Source of the DNA: Anthoceros angustus
Lineage: Eukaryota; Plantae; Anthocerotophyta
Reading direction: 5' to 3'
Assembly: GCA_010909165.1 (NCBI GenBank)
Contig: MU008163.1
Coordinates: 1,736,001-1,800,000 of the forward strand
Length of the DNA stretch: 64,000 bases
Of this stretch, positions 52,401 through 62,397 are shown in pieces. Each line of letters begins with the position of its first letter. Position 1 is the stretch's first letter. A program made the translations under genes and the position numbers. The notes under the pieces are model-generated. The model ran no database searches. It was not told the DNA's origin and worked only from the letters and a program-made list of their open reading frames with translations.

Positions 52401-54400
52401 AAGGACATGGCGGATGCGGGGATGTGGGTATGGAGGCCGAGGAGGCGGCGCCTCCTCATCTCCTCTTGCCTCAGTGGCGGGCGCAAGGGCAAGGGAAGTG
52501 CGACGGCCGCACAGCCGGGGGAATTGGGAAGGAAAACCAAAAAGGCAAAGAAGGGTGGAAGAGAAGATGCCATAGGAGGGACATAACCACGCTCATATTC
52601 AAACGAGGAAAGGTTGGAAGAGGCTATGAGGGATGCGATCCATTGACTCGCTTAAGGGATTCTACTCAAGAAGGTGAAACAGTGAGTGAAGTTGGAGAAC
52701 TTGAGGCCGGCGCATATTACCTCGACGCCGGATCCGGAGGGTTGATGAGGCTTGGGCAAACTATCTTGCCCGTGTTATAGCGAAAGGGCGGATAGAAGAG
52801 GGAGTTCTGCCTCTTTTGTGTATGATTGATCCGAGCGAGTGTCGATCCGAGCTGGAAGCGATGGCGAGCAAAGAAGTATGTCATGGGGGTTCTTGGTGGT
52901 AACCACACCTATGCAGCTATGAAGCACTTATCGGATATCTCACCCGGAAAGAAGCGGTTCCAATATGTTGAAGCACATGTGTATTGTGGGCTTCGTGCAT
53001 GAGATGCGGTGCTTGCAAGATCACAATATGATGTCCGAGAAGAAGATCATGAGGAGAGTGAGCTTGGCCCATCGGGAGGAAGATGGGCTTTACCCGGTTG
53101 GTCAAGCGCATTGGATGGCGCAGGAATCGGACGGAGATGCCGAGGACCTTCCCAATCTTCTAACTCCGACTCCTTGGTTCCCACCATGCAATATGACCCG
53201 GATGCGGCGCCGGCCGCGCCTAGTCATCTTCAGTTCCCCAAGAGCGCCAACGCCCGGATCCGGACCGGTTTATAAGATTCAAGGAAGGTGCGGTGGTTTG
53301 GGCGCCGCCGGCGCCGGCCAATCCTCCCACCACACAGGCAAGAGAGCATGGCACCGGGTCGGGCAGGGGTTCCTCGAGAAAAGGACATGGCGGATGCGGG
53401 GATGTGGGTATGGAGGCGAAGGGCGGGAGGGCGCCGGCGCCTCCTCATCTCCTCTTGCCTCAGTGGCGGGCGCAAGGGCAAGGGAAGTGCGACGGCCGCA
53501 CAGCCGGGGGAATTGGGAAGGAAAACCAAAAAGGCAAAGAAGGGTGGAAGAGAAGATGCCATAGGAGGGACATAACCACGCTCATATTCAAACGAGGAAA
53601 GGTTGGAAGAGGCTATGAGGGATGCGATCCATTGACTCGCTTAAGGGATTCTACTCAAGAAGGTGAAACAGTGTTAGTGAAGTTGGAGAACTTGAGGCCG
53701 GCGCATATTACCTCGACGCCGGATCCGGAGGGTTGATGAGGCTTGGGCAAACTATCTTGCCCGTGTTATAGCGAAGGGCGGATAGAGGAGGGAGTTCGCC
53801 TCTTTTGTGTATGATTGATCCGAGTGTCTTGATCCGAGCAAGCGGATGGAAGCAATGGCGTGCAAAGAAGTATGTCATGGGAGTTCTTGGTGGTAACTGC
53901 TATGAAGCACTTATCGATATCTCACCCGAAGAAGCGGTTCCAATATGTTGAAGCACATGTGTATTGTGGGCTTCGTGCATGAGATGCGGTGCTTGCAGAT
54001 CACAATATGATGTCCGACAGAAGAAAGAAGATGAACTTTATAGAGCAAGTCAGGTATTTAAGGGACGAGTTGATAATCGCAAAGAGGGAAGAAGTGCAAA
54101 TGACCATGTCCTGGAAATACAATGTGTACAAAGTCCTAGGTTTGATTGAAGACGATGAAGGGCGGGAGGACGACGTGTACAAGCAGAACAAAGTGGACAA
54201 TCGGACCCACATTCTGTGTATTGCTAAGCAGGATGGGAAGGTGTGGGAGAATGTGGACAAGATTTTTCCAAATGGGAAGCGAGAGCTTCGAGCGGAAGAA
54301 ACACGCCTGAGACAAGCAAGAAAGGGAAAGCGCAAGCTGGCGGATGACCAAGCAGTTGATAGTGTGCGTCAAGCCTAGAGACATGTTGGCCAAGCCACGA
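49417..54400 (+). pseudogene. Cargo gene, N-terminal part: unknown globular domain, acidic linker, ParB/Srx-like domain
   Basis: IRRVDEAWANYLARVI (51055-51105); YVMGVLGGNHTYAAMKHL (~52877-52930); VEAHVYCGL..*DAVLADHN....KMNFIEQVRYLR (~53947-54065). Confidence 0.6.
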
Positions 54401-54499
54401 AATCTTTTCGTGGAATACCGATTGGAGAGTGTGGCCAAATCGATAAGCGCCACCGAGAAGGTGTTACGATAGATCAAGGGGATGGAGGAAGAGATCACA

Positions 54500-57400
54500 C
54501 TGGAAAAATTTCATATCATACAAGTAGCAATGGTGAAGCATCTCGCCGTCGTCATTTGAAGAGGTGCGCGAGGAGTATCCTTTACATTCTACGGACAATA
54601 TGCTAGCACGATTCCAAACGACCTTCTCCGGAAAGGTATGTCCGCATCGTTTTTTCGTCATATTGAACAGGACCGGGATCGATGCTGGCGCCGGCGGCAC
54701 GCACTGTCACATATATTTGATGAGTTTTGGCCCCCCTTACTATATATGGGTTTGTAGGCGCCGCCAGCGCCTTCAATCCAACGCGGAAAATGAGGGCGCC
54801 GGCCGGCCTCTGACGTAATGACTAACGTGGCGTTTTCGGCAGCAATTGAAAGACATCAAGTCGACAAAACTCCCAGACTTCCAAAGATTTTATTTTCGAG
54901 ATAAACAATTGGAAAGGGCTTGAAGACGAGCGGCGCGCGGACAAGGACCGGAGGAAGGTCTTGAGGTTTTCACAGTTCCATCAACGAGCCGGTACAATAC
55001 CAAATCGAAAGTCGTGATGTACAAGATATGCGTGGTTTTCTCGGGGCAAGGCGACACTTCTCGTCATGGATGTGCCCCGAGGTTTTAACATTGGACCTAT
55101 GGACAAGAGGGTGGATAAGCAATGATGGATTCTCTTCCAAAGCTTTCTTTGAGAAGACCACTAGCGATGAACCGAGGATGATTGTGATGCATGGAGTGGA
55201 GGAGGCACATGCTGGAAAAATTTCATATCATACAAGTAGCAATGGTGAAGCATCTCTCGTCATTTGAAGAGGTGCGCGAGTATCCTTTACATTCTACGGA
55301 CAATATGCTAGCACGATTCCAAACACCTTCTCCGGAAAGGTATGTCCGCATCGTTTTTTCGTCATATTGAAGGGCGGGGGCGATGCGGGCGCCGGCCGGC
55401 GCCCCACCTGTCCCATATGTTTGATGTGTTCTTTTCTGCCCTCACTTCAGTATATGGGTTTGTAGGCGCCGCCGCCTTCAATCCAACGCGAGGCGCCGGC
55501 CGCGCCCTCTCCCCAATGACTAACGTGGCGTTTTCGGCAGCAATTGAAAGACATCAAGTCGACAAAACTCCCAGACTTCCATTTTATTTTCGAGATAAAC
55601 AATTGGAAAGGGCTTGAAGACGAGCTACGCATTAGCGGACAAGGACCGGAGGAAGGTCTTGAGGTTTTCACAGTTCCATCAGAGCCGGTACAATACCAAA
55701 TCGAAAGTCGTGATGTACAAGATATGCGTGGTTTTCTCGGGCAAGGCAAGACACACTTCTCGTCATGGATGTGCCCCGAGGTTTTAACATTGGACCTATG
55801 GACAAGAGGGTGGATAAGCAATGATGGATTCTCTTCCAAAGCTTTCTTTGAGAAGACCACTAGCGATGAACCGAGGATGATTGTGATGCATGGAGTGGAG
55901 GAGGCACATGCTGGAAAAATTTCATATCATACAAGTAGCAATGGTGAAGCATCTCTCGTCATTTGAAGAGGTGCGCGAGTATCCTTTACATTCTACGGAC
56001 AATATGCTAGCACGATTCCAAACACCTTCTCCGGAAAGGTATGTCCGCATCGTTTTTTCGTCATATTGAAGGGCGGGGGCGATGCGGGCGCCGGCGCCGG
56101 CGCCCCACCTGTCCCATATGTTTGATGTGTTCTTTTCTGCCCTCACTTCAGTATATGGGTTTGTAGGCGCCGCCGCCTTCAATCCAACGCGAAAATGAGG
56201 GCGCCGGCCGCGCCCTCTCCCCAGAATGACTAACGTGGCGTTTTCGGCAGCAATTGAAAGACATCAAGTCGACAAAACTCCCAGACTTCCATTTTATTTT
56301 CGAGATAAACAATTGGAAAGGGCTTGAAGACGAGCTACGCATTAGCGGACAAGGACCGGAGGAAGGTCTTGAGGTTTTCACAGTTCCATCAGAGCCGGTA
56401 CAATACCAAATCGAAAGTCGTGATGTACAAGATATGCGTGGTTTTCTCGGGCAAGGCAAGACACACTTCTCGTCATGGATGTGCCCCGAGGTTTTAACAT
56501 TGGACCTATGGACAAGAGGGTGGATAAGCAATGATGGATTCTCTTCCAAAGCTTCGAGAAGACCACTAGCGATGAACCGAGGATGATTGTGATGCATGGA
56601 GTGGAGGAGGCACATACTTAGAGAATCAATGCGAAAGTGGAGCAGAAAGGGGCTTGGTGTCGTTCGTATGGACAAGACAAACATGAACAATGACAGGGTG
56701 GATTTGAGGCTGGAATACATAACTATCGGATGGGGTCAAGGATGGGAGCACAAAGGATGAATTGCAATGCTACCAAATGCTATGCATGGAACATTCAACA
56801 ATGGAAGGTCATCATTGCTCACGACACGCTTGTCAAAAACAGTTTACATGTCACATGACAAGTTGGTGGTCCGCCACGAGACCACTAGGGTTGATGACGA
56901 GACTTATTACAACCTTCTCCAAAGAGGGAGATTGGGTTGGATGCATGCTCGGCACAAGCATTAGCGGCGTTGCGGGAAGGAGTTGTATCGCCATCGAGGT
57001 GACTTGAGATGTGCAGTTATATTTCACAAAGAATTCATGGATTTGAGGTGCTCCCAGATGCGCGAGTATCCTTTACATTCTACGGACAATATGCTACGAT
57101 TCCAAACAGCCTTCTCCGGAAAGGTATGTCCGCATCGTTTTCGTCATATTGAACAGGACCGGGGGCGATGCGGCGCCGCCGCCGCCGCACCTCCCCTCCA
57201 TGTTGATGCGGCTCGCCCTCACTTCAGATATATGGGTTTGTAGGCGTGGCTTTCAATGCGGAAAATGAGGGCGCCGGCGCCCTCTCAGTAATGACTAACG
57301 TGGCGTTTTCGCAGCAATTGAAAGACATCAAGTCGACAAAACTCCCAGTGACTTCCAGATTTTATTTTCGAGATAAACAATTGGAAAGGGCTTGAAGACG

Positions 57401-58492
57401 GTAGCATTAGCGGACAAGGACCGGAGGAAGGTCTTGAGGTTTTCACAGTTCCATCAGAGAGCCGGTACAATACCAAATCGAAAGTCGTGATGTACAAGAT
57501 ATGCGTGGTTTTCTCGGGCAAGGCACTTCTCGTCATGGATGTGCCCCGAGGTTTTAACATTGGACCTATGGACAAGAGGGTGGATAAGCAATGATGGATT
57601 CTCTTCCAAAGCTTCGAGAAGACCACTAGCGAACCGAGGATGATTGTGATGCATGGAGTGGAGGAGGCACATTAGAGAATCAATGCGAAAGTGGAGCGAA
57701 AGGGGCTTGGTGTCGTATGGACAAGACAAACATGAACAATGACAGGGTGGATTTGAGACTGGAATACATAACTATCGGATGGGGTCTCAAGGATGGGAGC
57801 ACAAAGGATGAATGCAATGCTACCAAATGCTATGCATGGAACATTCAACAATGGAAGGTCTGTCATTGCTCACGACACAGTTGTCAAAAAACAGGTTTAC
57901 ATGTCACATGACAAGTTGGTGGTCTGCCCTTACCAGAGACCACTAGGGTTGATGACGAGACTTATTACAACCTTCTCCAAAGAGGGAGATTGGGTTCTGG
58001 ATGCATGCTCTGGGAGCGGCACAACTGTATTGGCAGCGTTACTTGCAGGAAGGAGTTGTATCGCCATCGAGGCTGACTTGAGATGTGCAGGTTATATTTC
58101 ACAAAGAATTCATGGATTTGAGGTGCTCCCAGATGCAGTTGAGGAGTTGAATTTTGAAGCCCACCGGAGAGGACTTGCACAGTTCTGGGCAAAGGAGGTT
58201 TGCATTAGCGAGAAGGACTCCTTGAAAGCACAAGTGGTTTCTTTGAGTGCCCGTCGGAATAAGAGCAGATGGCGATTTGTTGGAGGCTGGCCAACAAACA
58301 CTCGAGAATGTTTGGCAGTCTGGGGCAGATGGTAATGATGAAGACACAGATGGGAACGAGGACTCGAGGGCTTTGGTTGAAGTCGACACTTTCGATGAGG
58401 AAGAACTTGAGCGGATACGGAACTTGGCTGTAGTTTATGATTCGGTGTCAGCGCAAGCACCGGTTGAGTCACAAGTTAGCCCTGACGTGTAG
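54500..58492 (+). pseudogene. Cargo gene, C-terminal part: beta-class N4-cytosine/N6-adenine DNA methyltransferase (N6_N4_Mtase-like)
   Basis: CPYQRPLGLMTRLITTFSKEGDWVLDACSGSGTTVLAALLAGRSCIAIEAD matches HPxxKP..L..RLI...S.EGDxVLDPFxGSGTT..AA...R..IGIE; upstream LEYITIGW; catalytic xPPY region garbled between copies (FGPPY at ~54726-54740). Confidence 0.82.
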
Positions 58493-59159
58493 ACGTTTGT
58501 AGTTGTGAACTATTGTCTGTGCTAGTGGTCAATTTTTGGCGGAACCTAAAACAGGGATGGTCTCCAACTGGCTTGCAGACAGACGTAACCATACCTAGTT
58601 TTGTTGTGTTATTACTAGGCCTTTTGTCAATGTGGAAATGGATCATCGCACAAAACAAACTACTTTTGACCAGGCGCCGGCGGTAGCCTTGACCCTTCCT
58701 TCTGGTTTTGTTGTTTCACAAACTGTGCATTCAGCTGTAGGAATCATTGTCCATGGTATGGGACACCCGGAAATCCAAAAAAACACGGTTTTGGGAACCA
58801 TGTGTTATCTGTGAAGGAGGTTTCGTTCAACCAGAAGGGGGTTCGGATATTCACCCCCTTCACTGAATACCATGTTAGAGATCAGAGAGAGCTCCCCATC
58901 TTCGCCTAAGCTAGGTACATAGTTGTCTCCTCTCGATCTTCTCCTCGTAGTTCACCTCTAGACACATTCACACTCTAGGCTCCTCCAGCCTCTAGGCTCC
59001 CACAGCCTGTAGGCACCCTAATCCTATCCTCATCAAGAGTGTGGCACCGCTGCTAGCGAAGAAAAATAGAATGTAAGAGAGGTGTAATATAAATGAAGAA
59101 GATAGAAAGATTTAAAGAGGTCTTACATTCATATGCTTCTTCTTCTGCAGATACATATA

Positions 59160-59335
59160 AATGAATGATGATGAATAAATAGAAATAGGAATAGAAAAGA
59201 GTAAATAAAGATAATTGATTGTACATATTTTTAAATAGAAATAGAAAAGATTAAATAAAAATAATTGATTGTACATATTTTTAAATAGGAATAGAAAAGA
59301 GTAAATAAAGATAATTGATTGTACATATTTTGTTG
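59160..59335. repeat. AT-rich ~50-bp tandem repeat x3
   Basis: aatagaaaagagtaaataaagataattgattgtacatatttt repeated. Confidence 0.85.
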
Positions 59336-59461
59336 TGCTTTAGCAAATCTTAAATTAAGATATATTATTTTACTACATTGGGGTGATCAGTCCTTAATTA
59401 TGGTACCATATGCTTTATAATTTATTGTGCATTCTTTCTTATTTCACCTTCAATGGTATTT

Positions 59462-59585
59462 CTTATGCCACTTTTCGTGGTCTTTGATTACGCTACCTTT
59501 CTTGATCTTTGATTATGCCACCTTTCATGGTCTTTTATCATGCCACCTTTCGTGGTCTTCTATAATGCTACCTTTCGTGGTTTGC
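59462..59585. repeat. Degenerate ~22-24-bp tandem repeat (atgccacctttcgtggtcttt)
   Basis: About 5 imperfect copies. Confidence 0.75.
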
Positions 59586-60968
59586 TACGATATGGTCAAT
59601 AGATTATAATCTTAATAATACAATATCAACAACAATGCTCTAATTCTCTCCTTTGTATTCTTATCATGATGTTGATTTAGAGGTCTCTCTCTAAGAAGTC
59701 AATCTAAGTTAAGCTAATCAACCTAAGGTAAGAAGCCCTAAGCTAATTCAATTACATTCTAATGGATTTGATTTTCATATAGGGTAACAAAAAAACAATT
59801 CAAAAGATCACAACAAAGAACACATGATCTAATTGATAAGTCCAAGCTTATGTTTTTGCATTATGAATTACAAAATATGAAAATTGTGCATGCGAATTAG
59901 ATGTAAACATAATAACCACACAAGAATTTGCAAAAGGATGCTTAATTTCTAGTGAAAACTATCTATATAGCATCCTTGTAACTATTTCTTAACAGCACAG
60001 CTAACAATTAAGCTCCATGTTCCATGTGAAACTAATTTCACATTATGGTCCTCAATGACCTTTTCAAAATACTCACAATTTCTTGGTGATTTTCACATTT
60101 CATTCAATTATAATAATTTATTTCGCTGGAACCATCTTCACACATTGCTCTTTCAATTTAGTGACTCATTATGCGAATTATCATTTCAAATTCTTAAATT
60201 AGTGTGTAATATATCTCTTTAAAGCGCAGACTATCTAATTATTCAGACGTCGTAAATCAATGATCTCTTGAGTCATGAAATTTTATGATAAATTTATTAT
60301 AAAAGATTAAAGGTAGAAAGATTAGAGGTATAAGAAATAGATCGAGAAAGGTTTTCTCTTTTCAGAACTAAAACATATAAAGATTCTTTGGCCAAAATTA
60401 AAATAAATTGAAAATGTATGATATGGTGTAAATTACTACAAACAACTAAATGATATTAAAGAGAATAGATAATAAAGTAGATAAAGATAATTCTAAATTT
60501 ATATATTAAATTAGGTAATAAAAAAGTTTAAAAAGAACAAATTAGAAGTAAAAGAAAGAGGGTAGGGAAAGATTTTTTTATATTTTTCATGTTGTGAAAT
60601 CAGATAAAACCTTCAAGGACCACATCTAAGTACCAATCTAAGCGCAAAATGCTTAACAAAGGCGTTCTTATAAATGTGTATGTGCATTTGACCTAAGTCA
60701 TTTGAGCAACTTGCACTAAAGTTCCACTGACATCGCGCTATTGGCATGGGAATATGCCGGGCTCTTTGCTTGTGAACGGTTAGTTCGGAAGGATAGAGTA
60801 GGGGCGTGGATGCGAGAAATCTAGCAACATCTACAACAGGAAGCAAGCAGCGCGAAGTCGATCGCTCCATCCGTATTATCCGTAGTTAGAATTTTTCACC
60901 ACCACATGAAGCATGCAGATATTCAACATAATTATATTCGTAAAAAGGTAGAAGAAGGCGTTATCGAT

Positions 60969-61218
60969 CTTCAATATACTCCTACAAATTCTATGAAGAC
61001 GATGGTTTCACCAAAGCTCTTCCCTTAACAAAATTCTAGGAGTTTGTGCAACCAGCATTTACGTGCAATTCTTATGTCTGAACAATTTTCTACTTCAATA
61101 TACTCCTACAAATTCTATGAAGACGATGGTTTCACCAAAGCTCTTCCCTTAACAAAATTCTAGGAGTTTGTGCAACCAGTATTTACATGCAATTCTTATG
61201 TCTGAACAATTTTCTACT
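60969..61218. repeat. 124-bp tandem duplication
   Basis: cttcaatatactcctacaaattctatgaagacg... at 60969 and 61093. Confidence 0.9.
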
Positions 61219-62397
61219 TTTACATCCACGGAGGATTTCTCAACCAACGAATTTTAAGTCAAAAGGAGACTTACTGGCGTCATGAAGACTCATGAGCATG
61301 ACTTTTTTCTGTTGGCAGGTTTTTCCTAATGGGTTTTTTGCTGTTAGTTGATGAAATGGGTTTTTTGCTGTTAGTTGATGAAAATCACACACTTGGGTCC
61401 AAGAGTCTCTAAAGTTAATTATAATGAGAAGAGAAATTGTTGATAAAAGCTAGGTAGTTACAGGTTGTAATTAATGTAACCAATTAACTACTTAAATAAC
61501 TACCTAAGAAACTACTTATTACCATAAGAATCAATTAATAATTAATTCTAGGGATTTATAGGTGCCCTAATAATAGTGCCCTAAACAGGTAAAGAGGGGA
61601 GACTATTAGAAGAGCACAACTAATTTTAAGGGGAGAGGATGTTAGAATAAGTACATTTTAGGGTTTATTGATTATTATGCGTACTGCCATATATAGACCT
61701 ATGGTATGCATGTAAGTGTTATACTAGATCTTTGCCCAAAAAAATAAGTGCTATATACTATATATACAGGTTCTCCACCATATACAAGGGTCTAGAACAC
61801 TGTGTTCGCTAAATCTAATCCTTGTCTTCTCAGTATCAACTCATATCACCGGAACCCTGAACGGAAGAATTGGTCGCTATAATTGGTCGCTATCGATTAC
61901 TCGGATCAGATCACAAATAATTTTGTGAAAAATTTAATCACAAAATATAGCCGCATCCGAATGTGCCCAAGCACTCATATTGTCTTAGGTTCGTCATTTG
62001 GGGGTTAAACCAGTATTCATCATTACTTATTACTAGATTACCTGGGTAGTGACTATATATGAGTGGAACGCAAATGGTTTTGTGAAAAAACTGATCACAA
62101 AACACAGCAGCGTCCGCACGCCGAATGTGCCAAACACTCAAATGGACTTAGGGTCGTCAATTCAGGGATTAAACCAGCAGTCGTCGTTACTCGTTACTGG
62201 GTCACCTAGGTAGTGGCTATTACGTATGTTGGTATCGGTTTTCCCAACAGCCCTTGAACGGAAGAATTGGTCGCTAAGGAGCAGAGATTAGGTGTAGAGA
62301 ACTTTGGTGGTCTGTGACCTAGGGTTGTGGGAAACGAGTCTCGGCTGCGAGTGCTTGCGCTTGCCAAGCATTTTGAGCTGGTGGGCGCGCTGCGTAG

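Larger units (their letters stand above)
40651..58870. mobile_element. TIR DNA transposon (Sola/DUF7869-like) carrying a ParB-like + DNA amino-methyltransferase cargo gene
   Basis: Left end CTATTTAGTGAAGGGG(G)TGATTATT (40651; also 39587) versus reverse complement of right end GTATTCAGTGAAGGGGGTGAATATCC (58845-58870); CATG immediately outside both ends; internal transposase. Confidence 0.75.

Noticed and set aside
54500-57900. A tandem array of several distinct MTase genes
   Set aside because: The copies are partial overlapping duplications of one gene, not independent paralogues.
54500-58492. Bacterial contamination as the source of the MTase
   Set aside because: It lies inside TIRs with a eukaryote-type transposase, between plant genes, with no operon structure. 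Read-level confirmation is still needed.
58834-58874. Helitron 3' end
   Set aside because: A hairpin is present but there is no CTRR terminus at the expected distance, no Rep/helicase, and a matching left TIR exists.
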